A stretch of DNA of 64,000 nt from Endomicrobiia bacterium. Its GTDB lineage: Bacteria; Elusimicrobiota; Endomicrobiia; DTEH01. Shown here in pieces: positions 31,901-40,225 of this stretch. Positions within the stretch are counted from its first letter, which is position 1; each line of letters begins with the position of its first letter. Both the position numbers and the translations under genes were made by a program. The DNA is taken from contig JBCNUU010000006.1 in the NCBI GenBank assembly GCA_039630545.1, positions 17,543 to 81,542 on the forward strand, in the 5' to 3' direction. The notes beneath the pieces were generated by a model. The model ran no database searches, was not told where the DNA came from, and worked only from the letters and a program-made list of their open reading frames with translations.

Positions 31901-34669
31901 TAAGTATGGTTGCGATGTAGAAGGATTTAGTGCAAAATCCCATTCATTTTTACTCCAGCAATGAACCTGCCAGTAGTAAGTTACAGAAGGGCAAAGCTTA
32001 GAAAGTGTAAACATAACTGTAGTAGAACTTATATCTGAATTTTCTAAATATACATTTATTTTCCAAAAAGGTAAAGTATACCAATGATCGGAATTCTGAA
32101 TTAAGACCGTAGAAATATTTAAAAAATAATGTTTTACAGAATCAAAAGGATCTGGATCTTTAGGTTTTGACCATTCAAAATATATTGGCCCTTCCAGAGA
32201 TGCTGGATTTACTATACCGGTAGGTGTAATTATGGTATAGTTAGAAGGTGGTTCTTTAATAAAATCTATACAAAAACTTAAAGGATTTTCATTTAAAGGT
32301 GGAGAAAATGTTTCTGTTGAACTCCATATCCAGTATAGATTTTGAGGAGCATCAATTGCTCTAATCCTGAAAAAATATGTGGTATTTTCTACAAGCTCAA
32401 GTACATATCCTTCTTGGGTACCTTCTTCTATGTTTTTTACTATAACTGTGGAAACAAAAAAATCCCATTTTTTAAACCAGTCATCATATTCAAATGGTGG
32501 AGCATTAAATGTCGGATTTGTAACATATCTCCAGGCATTTGGTTCTGTTTTTGGTTCACGCCAGCTTGAAATAAAAACTGCATATTCATATACTCCGTCT
32601 TCAGGATCAGGATCCCATGTAGGCTGCCAACATAAAACTATAGGAGTTGATTTAGCAATAAATATCTTTTTACCATCAACAACTTTTTCCGTTACAGGAT
32701 AATAGGTTGTATCATCCAGTATTACTTTATAGAAAGTTACATTTTTTATTAAAGAAATCATACCAGTAGGGAAAAACACATCAAAACTACAAACAGGTTC
32801 ATCTATTTGGTTTACCCAAAAACTTGCAACTGGAGTTTGAGTAGAAAGTTGACTAAATCCAAAAGGAGCTCCTGAATCATATGCTACAACATACCAGTAT
32901 ATTTTTTGGTTCTCATAAAAAAGCAATTCATTAGAAGAAGGTTGAGTATATGGTGTCATCAAAAAATATGAATTAGTAAGTAAACCTTCCTGTGGAATTG
33001 TAATGTAGCTTTCAAAATTTTCTGAAGTAGAAAGATAAATTTTATAACCAACAACATAATCAAAAGGATCTATCTCATATGCATCTTTAAAATCAAAAAT
33101 TAAACTACCATCTTTAGTATGCACTACAGTATTTGAAGGTGAAATTAAAGGATTTAAAGGAAACTTTGGAGCTGTATTTTGAAAGTTTACTGTAAACCTA
33201 AAAATAGCAGTGGTTGAAGAAGCATTTTCTGAATCATATACAGAAAGACTCCAGAAGTATGTGATATTGTCTTGTAAGTCCTTAACAACTATAGATGTAG
33301 CAGAAGTAGACACTTCAACCAAAATCGCTCCTAAAGTGTTACCAATGGTATAGCTTGAGATTTTTAATGTGTAGGTAGATATATAATCTCCGTAATCAGA
33401 ATCGTAACTGTTATCACTGAAAGAGAAACCAGCATGCCACACTGCATCAGACCAATCAAATTTTACTGTTGAGGAAGAAATAATGGTTGAAGTGGTATTT
33501 TTTACTGGATCATATACAAAGTGTTTGTGAGGATAAAAACATGAAGGAGAAGAATTAAAAGCTCTGCAAAAAGGAGATGAAGAAGAAATTAAAGACCAGT
33601 TTAATTTTTCATCTGCTATTTTTATAGAAAAATAATAAGGACTACTATTAACTAGATTATTTACTACTATATTTGTAGAAATATAAGGAGTAATGTTTAC
33701 ATTAGTTATAAAAAAAACTTCCGTAGCTTGGTTCCATAAAGTTTCATTATATATTTTTTGGGTGTGATATTTTATCTTATAACTTCCTGTATAGGTAGAA
33801 GAATTGTATAAGAAACCATCCTCATATGAGTCTTCATATGGAAAAACCCAACTAAGTTTTACATGTCTAAATCCAGCTGAAACAAAAATTGATGTAATAC
33901 TTTTTGGAGGTGAAATATCAGGCTGAGCCCACATTGTTGTTTTGTTAGACATCTCAGAAAGATTACCTAGTTCATCTTCTGCCCAAATTCTTAAATAATA
34001 AGTTATCCCACCAGATAATCCTGTAATCAAATATCCTGCAGACCATATATAAGATGGGTAAGAAAAAGTAGATATTACAATCTGGGCAGCAGAAGTACTC
34101 CAATTGTTAAAATACTCTATATCTGTATACTGAATATAATAATAACCAGAAAGAATACCGGTCATCGTATTGTTGATATAATCATCACTTCCTTGAAATT
34201 TTAATTCAACTTCTCCCTCATGAACTCCGGGATTTGCTTCTATAATCTCTACATAAGGCAACCATAGAGTCATCCAGCCGGTTGCAATATTTGATAAGGA
34301 TAAATCACCCTGAGATCCTGAAGAAATAAATACAACAAAATAAAATGTTGTAAACCTGCTTAAAGAATTCTCAAGCACAAAATTATCTAACCCTGTAAGC
34401 ACAAACAATTGTTGTTGAAGAGGATTGACGGGACCCGTGGATACTACTATGGAAGAAGAAGTTGACCAGTTAACTTCATAAAAACTACTGTATTTTATGT
34501 AGTATGCACTTCCTTCAGGTAACACATCCGGACCAGGATAAGTCCATATTAGCTTTACACTGCCTTCTTTTAGTTCATCAATTCCTGAAATCGAAAATAA
34601 ATCGGAAACAGGATTAGGTTGAGCAAAAACTTTAAAAGTAAATAAACTTAAAAATAAAACAATATACAT
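28919..34669 (-). CDS. Giant secreted protein with tandem Fn3-like repeats and a C-terminal FlgD-Ig-like (sorting-type) domain
   Basis: 1916 aa; signal peptide MYIVLFLSLFTFKVFAQ; recurring TxYYWxVxAYD-type repeat ends (YFWYVVA, YYWKIRAYD, YFWQVVAYDNYG, YYWWVEAYD, YYWYVKAYDKFG); C-terminus LTWDGKDTNGNFVPKGVYIYKIKVGNKTFTGTIIVAK. Confidence 0.8.
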   Translation of the reverse strand: MYIVLFLSLFTFKVFAQPNPVSDLFSISGIDELKEGSVKLIWTYPGPDVLPEGSAYYIKYSSFYEVNWSTSSSIVVSTGPVNPLQQQLFVLTGLDNFVLENSLSRFTTFYFVVFISSGSQGDLSLSNIATGWMTLWLPYVEIIEANPGVHEGEVELKFQGSDDYINNTMTGILSGYYYIQYTDIEYFNNWSTSAAQIVISTFSYPSYIWSAGYLITGLSGGITYYLRIWAEDELGNLSEMSNKTTMWAQPDISPPKSITSIFVSAGFRHVKLSWVFPYEDSYEDGFLYNSSTYTGSYKIKYHTQKIYNETLWNQATEVFFITNVNITPYISTNIVVNNLVNSSPYYFSIKIADEKLNWSLISSSSPFCRAFNSSPSCFYPHKHFVYDPVKNTTSTIISSSTVKFDWSDAVWHAGFSFSDNSYDSDYGDYISTYTLKISSYTIGNTLGAILVEVSTSATSIVVKDLQDNITYFWSLSVYDSENASSTTAIFRFTVNFQNTAPKFPLNPLISPSNTVVHTKDGSLIFDFKDAYEIDPFDYVVGYKIYLSTSENFESYITIPQEGLLTNSYFLMTPYTQPSSNELLFYENQKIYWYVVAYDSGAPFGFSQLSTQTPVASFWVNQIDEPVCSFDVFFPTGMISLIKNVTFYKVILDDTTYYPVTEKVVDGKKIFIAKSTPIVLCWQPTWDPDPEDGVYEYAVFISSWREPKTEPNAWRYVTNPTFNAPPFEYDDWFKKWDFFVSTVIVKNIEEGTQEGYVLELVENTTYFFRIRAIDAPQNLYWIWSSTETFSPPLNENPLSFCIDFIKEPPSNYTIITPTGIVNPASLEGPIYFEWSKPKDPDPFDSVKHYFLNISTVLIQNSDHWYTLPFWKINVYLENSDISSTTVMFTLSKLCPSVTYYWQVHCWSKNEWDFALNPSTSQPYLVKPYGVALSTGRFIVSNQRPLKFNLLSPGVSISHPFASGIKTFRPTFYWEQVYDPDNYDSFVSSYVIIISSFANFSSYYTFYSSDTKFILNFDLHPRTTYYWYVKAYDKFGNFETPYSTFYFQTTNFDPNNFELVYPLNDEIVLSSFKFKFKNNGDLDRDILYYTLYISSFQNFSVYEKFSAGTNIGKQIGETIEAEIFFDFKENTQYFWQVVAYDNYGGISSSTIGSFWVNFYEENPKSFYLNITSGVIKERYINLSWQQSYDSDPKDYVEQYKVVISSAESYIVGDSTYIVILGSTTLSYNIDLSKLKENAAYYWWVEAYDTKSNYTKSISSYMFIVDLQDDPPDDIYLLSPGSSYTFTRATQPLNLIWAPANITEWWKQITYELYIGELGKPPNKVEFFLGPYENYKELQPISYSTSTLKENTTYFWYVVAKNQVSQKISTTNYLFIDSQNDPPEPFGIFSPSSTVFTRKPQFIWEIGFDKDDGINYYEIKLSTKQNFQLNITTSIVVSSSVTVYTINFKLLMNSTYYWKIRAYDKRGLWRDSSVLSFYVPYFRPQGVKILNPEGEILLRRPVFEWEPLPHPEPNTSIKKYRLKIFSNKNLYSPVIDVEVSSNSYQPQINLTQNMTYYYEVIAIDEEDIFSEPTKNTFFIGVINIPSRIEKINYDNPDYRFILSWEKVQTYTDGSLADDIKGYNIYRSQDYEGVLNPSSFYKFVSTPATTFTDYIYFNTYYYLIKVVTETGIESLPSDVVSSFNSGSRIIPFLDTMKIVIPKGVEEEISFYGYKLNITTVPVEENESINFSTFMKYKLELVRNNKPVSYKFKQPINLEIFLQKENEDYSSDNFVEEKNLVKVKPLVFFNNDIEYVLVPSFYDEQKSILRCTLRSTGEYVVRKVISTQEPVITNIYPKKIFTPTASQDNKIHFVIFNPTLFTPEGEVYDLNLRYIARLKLEGVELTWDGKDTNGNFVPKGVYIYKIKVGNKTFTGTIIVAK

Positions 34670-34700
34670 AAAAATATTTAGCTTCTAAATTTAAATCATC

Positions 34701-35195
34701 TTACTTATTAAAATATACTAATTTTTTAAGGATTATTTCAACACAAATTTTAATTTCTTCTGCTGTATTAAGATAAATACTTTCCGGCTGACCAATTGGA
34801 TCAAAAATTTCTGGCTGTGAAAAAAATCCCGCAAATTCTTTTAAGAGATAAACTTTATCAAAAAATTTCTTAAAATTCAGATAGATGAAATCCATTTGGC
34901 TTTTTTCCATTACAAAAACTATATCGGAAATTTCCAATAAAGGAGAATTTATTTTTGTAGGTATATGTTTTGAAAGGTCTTTTTCTTTGATATTATAGAT
35001 TTTAAAAAGTTTATTAATACTTTCTGGAATTTTAAAGTTTTGCTGTGCTATTACTCCGCAAGAGTAGACTTTAATATTATCTATATTATATTTAGCCAGA
35101 AGATGTAAAGTATATCCTTCAGCAAAAACACTTCTAAATACATTTCCATTACACACATAAAGTATTGTTTTTATTTCTTTCATAAGTTTATTCAA
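34701..35195 (-). CDS. Low-molecular-weight protein tyrosine phosphatase
   Basis: 164 aa; P-loop CX5R (VCNGNVFRS) and DP motif (IFDPIG). Confidence 0.85.
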   Translation of the reverse strand: MNKLMKEIKTILYVCNGNVFRSVFAEGYTLHLLAKYNIDNIKVYSCGVIAQQNFKIPESINKLFKIYNIKEKDLSKHIPTKINSPLLEISDIVFVMEKSQMDFIYLNFKKFFDKVYLLKEFAGFFSQPEIFDPIGQPESIYLNTAEEIKICVEIILKKLVYFNK

Positions 35196-35544
35196 TAAAA
35201 ATTGGATTTGTGGCTAACATATGCGGAAAATCAAACTCTACCCACAACCTACTTGTAGTAAGAAGGTTTTTCCGGATTTTTGTATGAAGACGCGATTTTT
35301 TTTTAGATGTTGCAGCTTTTTAAACTTAAAAATCAAAAACTTTACCTTCAAATTTATATTTTGTCCCCAAAATACCTAATTTTTTAGAAATTTCTATATT
35401 CGATATTTCTAATCTTTTTTTATCCCTCCATACATTATAAAAATTTCAGCTTTTTAAAGAATAAAATAAAGTATATATTTTTTCTTTTTTTATTGCAAAA
35501 AGTATATTTTTTCTTTCATAAATAGATGTTACTTCTTTACCAAT

Positions 35545-35742
35545 TCAGCATAACACCATACAGGTTTTTCCCTTACAGTATTCAACTAAAATTTTATCCC
35601 AGAATCCTTCTATGCTATCAACTTTTTTAACCTTCAGAAATATAACTGTAGCCATCATAATTATAACGATTAAACAAAGATGAAAAATATGGTTTATTAA
35701 GTTTATTTTTTCTAATTCCTGTCCATCTATAACCACTTTCAT
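35545..35742 (-). CDS. Small hypothetical membrane protein (uncertain)
   Basis: 65-aa ORF with one hydrophobic helix, 3 nt downstream of the phosphoesterase gene; no recognisable motif. Confidence 0.3.
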   Translation of the reverse strand: MKVVIDGQELEKINLINHIFHLCLIVIIMMATVIFLKVKKVDSIEGFWDKILVEYCKGKTCMVLC

Positions 35743-35745
35743 AAT

Positions 35746-36870
35746 TTATAAGATATCTATAACAACAACTTCAGATGAGGATAAAAACCTCATAGGAGGA
35801 CCCCAAACCCCTGCACCTGAAGTAACATATAGTGTTGATTTATTTTTTCTAAACAGACCATATAGGTATTTATAAAAAATTCGTGTAAAAATATGAAACG
35901 GGAAAATCTGTCCATTATGGGTATGACCACTTAACATCATAATATCAAAATTTTTGGAAAGTTCATCAAAAAATAACGGCTGGTGTGAGACAACAATATT
36001 AAGTTTTCCTGTTTTGTAGTTATTATTAATTATACTTACAATTTCTTCTTTGTGTAAGTTTTCTGTCCTAATGTCACCTAAGCCTATAATGTTAACATTT
36101 TCAATCTCAAATGAAGTATTCTGTAACACTATAAAACCAAACTGTTCAAAAATTCTTTTTGATTTCTCAATCCCAAAATAATAATCATGATTGCCTAATA
36201 CTGCTATCTTTGTAGAATATATTTTTTTAATTGTTTCTTCTAATTTAACATCATATACAAAACCAGGATCAAACATATCACCACCAAAAATAAGTATTTG
36301 GGGATCTATATTTTTTATTTTATTAAATAACTCTATTGCTATTTTATTCTTGTATTTGAAATCAAGATGTAAATCAGAAAGGTAAACAATCCTGAAACTA
36401 TTATTACCATCTAAATCAACAACAATCTGTTTTATTTTTGACATTTTTATTCCACGATAAGTTGCCAGAGTTGAAGATATTAAACTTACCAATAAAACTC
36501 CTAAACCAATATATTTATTGCTTCCTTTGAGGAATAAAAAAGAAATAAAATCACCAATCACACAATATGAAACAAAAATTATAACAATACCCATCCAATA
36601 AAAACCAAAGAAATAAATTGTTTTTAAAACTGCATCTGGTACTACAACAGCTCTCAAAATTAAACTTAAAAATGAAACCGAAAACATTAAAACAAATATA
36701 AACTTAACTAAATTTTTATAATTGTTTAAAGCTAAATGCCTATTTAAAAAATTAACAATGTATAAATGTGACAAAAAATACCCAAAAATAAGCAAAAGAA
36801 ATCCAACAAGAATAATTACAACTTTTGCCATTATTTTTTTAATTTTTATTGAAATTTTAGTATATACCAC
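35746..36870 (-). CDS. Membrane-anchored calcineurin-like metallophosphoesterase
   Basis: 374 aa; N-terminal TM helices, phosphoesterase motifs (YLSDLHLD, GGDMFD, GNHDYY, GHTHNG). Track start is GTG; a later ATG (MAKVV...) is also possible. Confidence 0.85.
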   Translation of the reverse strand: MVYTKISIKIKKIMAKVVIILVGFLLLIFGYFLSHLYIVNFLNRHLALNNYKNLVKFIFVLMFSVSFLSLILRAVVVPDAVLKTIYFFGFYWMGIVIIFVSYCVIGDFISFLFLKGSNKYIGLGVLLVSLISSTLATYRGIKMSKIKQIVVDLDGNNSFRIVYLSDLHLDFKYKNKIAIELFNKIKNIDPQILIFGGDMFDPGFVYDVKLEETIKKIYSTKIAVLGNHDYYFGIEKSKRIFEQFGFIVLQNTSFEIENVNIIGLGDIRTENLHKEEIVSIINNNYKTGKLNIVVSHQPLFFDELSKNFDIMMLSGHTHNGQIFPFHIFTRIFYKYLYGLFRKNKSTLYVTSGAGVWGPPMRFLSSSEVVVIDIL

Positions 36871-37020
36871 TTAAGATCTGATTTCAACATCATTCTAACA
36901 AGTTCTTCAAATTTTACTTTAGGATACCAACTTAATTTCTTTAGTGCTTTGCTTTAATCATCACACAATTCAAAAATTTCAAAAGCATCTGTAATTTTAC
37001 GCATTACAACATTTAAGAAA
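36867..37020 (-). pseudogene. C-terminal remnant of a GDP-mannose 4,6-dehydratase-like (SDR epimerase/dehydratase) gene
   Basis: Reverse-complement translation LNVVMRKITDAFEIFELCDD*SKALKKLSWYPKVKFEELVRMMLKSDLKW resembles the Gmd C-terminus and carries an in-frame stop; upstream 37020-37390 has only broken frames. Confidence 0.5.
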
Positions 37021-37389
37021 TTTCTTTTTTAAAACTGACAATAAAGATATTGTACTGTCTTATTTTAGTATTTACTGCTAAAAACTCATCTTCAAATAAG
37101 AATAAATAAACTTAGTACAACAAAAACAAACTCTACTTTGAATAGAGCTAACTGCACTATGATTTTATATAGTCCGGCAGAAATCTTTAACCAGTTTTAA
37201 TTTTCTGGCTGTTTTTTCTGCTATGATTGTAGATTTAATAATTTTTACTTCCATGTTTATTGCATTAAACATATCCCAAATTAACATTTCTGTTTGTATA
37301 CCGGTATAATTAACGATGGGTTTATTTTATTACTGTCGTTGCTTGATAAATTGGAATCTATAAATTAGTGTATATTTTCATTATTTTTT

Positions 37390-38466
37390 CTATAAACCAG
37401 ATTTCTGCAGTAATTTTTTAAGTTCTTCCGGATCAGAAGAAGCACTTATGGCTTCTTCCAGACTAATTAATCTTCTTTGATACAAATCTGCTAGTGCTTG
37501 ATTCATTGTTTGCATTCCAAATTTTGCACCAGTTTGAATTAAAGTAAATATTTGTTCTGGCTTTCCTTCACGAATTAAGTTCCTTACAGCAGGTGTAGCA
37601 ACTAACACCTCACAAGCTAAAACTCTACCTTTGCCCGAAATATGCAAAAGAAGCTGCTGTGCCAAAACTGCTTGTAGTACAAAAGAAAGCTGAACTCTTA
37701 CTTGCTGCTGTTGATGAGGTGGAAAAACATCCACTATTCTGTTGACAGTAGAAACAGCATCTGTAGTATGAAGAGTTGCAAAAACCAAATGCCCCGTCTC
37801 GGCTATAGTAAGTGCCGCAGAAATTGTTTCTAGATCGCGCATTTCTCCTATCAAAATAATATCAGGATCTTCTCTTAACACATACTTTAATGCTGTAGCG
37901 AAACTTTCTGTATCTGAACCAACTTCTCTTTGGTTTATTATACAGTTTTTATGATGAAACAGATATTCTATAGGATCTTCTATTGTAATAATATGGGCAT
38001 TTCTATGTTCATTAATAAAATTTATCATAGAAGCTAATGTTGTTGTTTTCCCGGACCCCGTGGGACCTGTTACCAAAATTAAACCCCTTGGAAGATCTAC
38101 AAGTTGAGAAACAATTTTTGGAAGTCTTAATTCTTCAAAAGTAGGAGGAGTCGAAGGAATAGCTCTCAAAGCTGCAGCAACTGCACCCTTTTGACGAAAA
38201 ACATTCATTCTTATTCTTCCTATATCTCTTACTCCAAAAGATACATCCAACTCATTAAGTGTTTCAAACCTTTCTTTCTGTTTATCTGTAAGAACAGAAT
38301 AAATTAGTTTTTGACACATTTCTGGGGTAAGTTTACCAAAAGAGGTAGGTACTAACTTACCATCAACTCTTAACATAGGAGGTAATCCAGCAGTAATATG
38401 TAAATCTGAAGCTTTTTGTTCATGCATTAAATACAACAAATTTTCCATACTTAAAGACATCTCCAT
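37390..38466 (-). CDS. pilT: Type IV pilus retraction ATPase PilT
   Basis: 358 aa; Walker A GPTGSGKTTT, Asp box, Walker B DIILIGEMRD, His box, PilT-type GMQT motif. Confidence 0.92.
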   Translation of the reverse strand: MEMSLSMENLLYLMHEQKASDLHITAGLPPMLRVDGKLVPTSFGKLTPEMCQKLIYSVLTDKQKERFETLNELDVSFGVRDIGRIRMNVFRQKGAVAAALRAIPSTPPTFEELRLPKIVSQLVDLPRGLILVTGPTGSGKTTTLASMINFINEHRNAHIITIEDPIEYLFHHKNCIINQREVGSDTESFATALKYVLREDPDIILIGEMRDLETISAALTIAETGHLVFATLHTTDAVSTVNRIVDVFPPHQQQQVRVQLSFVLQAVLAQQLLLHISGKGRVLACEVLVATPAVRNLIREGKPEQIFTLIQTGAKFGMQTMNQALADLYQRRLISLEEAISASSDPEELKKLLQKSGL

Positions 38467-38492
38467 ATATCAATCCTCCCTTTAAAAATAAT

Positions 38493-40208
38493 TTAAACAC
38501 CTGTTTCTTCACTAACAGTAACTCTTAAAACTTCCTCTATAGTTGTGATTCCAGCAAGCATTTTTCTTATTGCAGATTTTCTTAAAGTAGACATTCCATT
38601 TCTTATAGCTACTTTCTTTATTTCTATATCTGGTGTGTTTTTCAAAATCATTTCTCTTATTTCATCTGTTATCTCCATAATTTCATAAATACCTATCCTT
38701 CCTTTATATCCATTATTACATTTTTTACACCCAGCACCTTTATATAGCACTACTTTTTTTTGTCTTTGAACCATATCATCAGTAACTCCTAAAGGATACA
38801 ACTTCTCTACAGGAACCTCATATGGCTGTTTACATTCTGAACATATTTTCCTTACTAATCTTTGAGCTTCAACTAAAGTAAGTGTGGAAGAAATTAAAAA
38901 TGGATCTATCCCCATATTTACAAGACGCGTTACAGCAGAAGGTGCATCGTTTGTATGAAGAGTAGAAAATACTAACTGACCTGTTAAAGCTGCCTGAATT
39001 GCTATTCTTGCTGTCTCTGTATCACGAATTTCACCTACTAAAATTATATCAGGTGCTTGTCTTAAAAAAGCTCTTAAACCAGAAGCAAATGTTAATCCAA
39101 CTTCAGGATTCACATTTACCTGTGTTATTCCATCTAAAAGATATTCGACAGGATCCTCTATTGTTAATATATTGACTTCTGGACGATTTAAAGTTGAAAG
39201 AGCAGAATATAAAGTAGTTGATTTTCCAGAACCGGTAGGTCCTGTAATCAAAATTAAACCAAAAGGCAACCTAATTGTCCTTAAAAAAATCTCTAGCTGT
39301 TCTGGTTCAAAACCCAATTTTTCAAGATCCAAACACAAGGCAGAAGAATCGAGGATTCTTAAAACTGCTTTTTCTCCATATACCACAGGAAGTATTGAAA
39401 CGCGAAAATCTATCTCTCTTTCATCTATGCGCATTTTTATTCTACCATCTTGAGGTTTTCTTGTTTCTGTAACATCTAGCTTTGACATAATTTTTATTCT
39501 TGCTATCAAGGCATTATAAACATGATGAGGAAAAAATGCTTCCTCTTTTGCTACTCCATCAATCCTGTAGCGCAAACGACATTTCTTTTCAAAGGGTTCA
39601 AGGTGTATATCAGAAGCTCTTTTGCGAACTGCTGTAATAATAATATTATTTGCAAGCTTAACTATAGGTTCTTCTTCCGCAAGTTCCCTTACTTCAACTG
39701 TTTCTGGTATTGGCTCGACTTCTATTGAAGTTTCTAATTTCTCAAGTTCATTTATTTCTTTCTCTATGTGTGTTGTTTCTTCTTTTAAAAGATACTTTCT
39801 TATATTCTCCTTAATATCTTTGAGAGTGGCAACTACCGGCTTAACATTAAGTCCTGTAGAAAGTTTAATGTCATCTATTATAAACAAATTATAAGGATCA
39901 GGAAGAGCCACCGTTAAAGTATTCGTTTTTTTATCAAAACTTATAGGGAAAACATTATGTTTTTCTATAAACGTCCTAGGCAGTAAATTAATTACAGATT
40001 CGTCTATTTCAAGTTCTGAAATATAAACAAAATCCAAATTTTGTTGTCTTGCTAAAAAAGACAAAAGAACATCTTCAGTGATATATCCTAAATTTATCAA
40101 AGTCTGCCCTAATTTTTCACCAGTTTGTTTTTGTAAAGTCAAAGCTTCTTCAAGTTGCTTTTGTGTTATAATATTTGCTGAAATTAAAATTTCACCTAAT
40201 TTTTGCAT
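38493..40208 (-). CDS. pilB: PilB/GspE-family assembly ATPase (paralog 1)
   Basis: 571 aa; N-terminal GSPII_E_N-like domain, Walker A GPTGSGKSTT, tetracysteine motif CSECKQ...CKKC. Confidence 0.9.
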   Translation of the reverse strand: MQKLGEILISANIITQKQLEEALTLQKQTGEKLGQTLINLGYITEDVLLSFLARQQNLDFVYISELEIDESVINLLPRTFIEKHNVFPISFDKKTNTLTVALPDPYNLFIIDDIKLSTGLNVKPVVATLKDIKENIRKYLLKEETTHIEKEINELEKLETSIEVEPIPETVEVRELAEEEPIVKLANNIIITAVRKRASDIHLEPFEKKCRLRYRIDGVAKEEAFFPHHVYNALIARIKIMSKLDVTETRKPQDGRIKMRIDEREIDFRVSILPVVYGEKAVLRILDSSALCLDLEKLGFEPEQLEIFLRTIRLPFGLILITGPTGSGKSTTLYSALSTLNRPEVNILTIEDPVEYLLDGITQVNVNPEVGLTFASGLRAFLRQAPDIILVGEIRDTETARIAIQAALTGQLVFSTLHTNDAPSAVTRLVNMGIDPFLISSTLTLVEAQRLVRKICSECKQPYEVPVEKLYPLGVTDDMVQRQKKVVLYKGAGCKKCNNGYKGRIGIYEIMEITDEIREMILKNTPDIEIKKVAIRNGMSTLRKSAIRKMLAGITTIEEVLRVTVSEETGV

Positions 40209-40225
40209 ATAAGTTTAAATAAAAG

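Noticed and set aside
28919-34669. Giant protein as an Rhs/toxin or RTX-type protein
   Set aside because: No YD-repeat, RHS core, GG-rich calcium-binding nonapeptides or C-terminal toxin-like domain; the repeats look like Fn3/Ig-like beta-sandwich modules, favouring an adhesin or surface-layer role.
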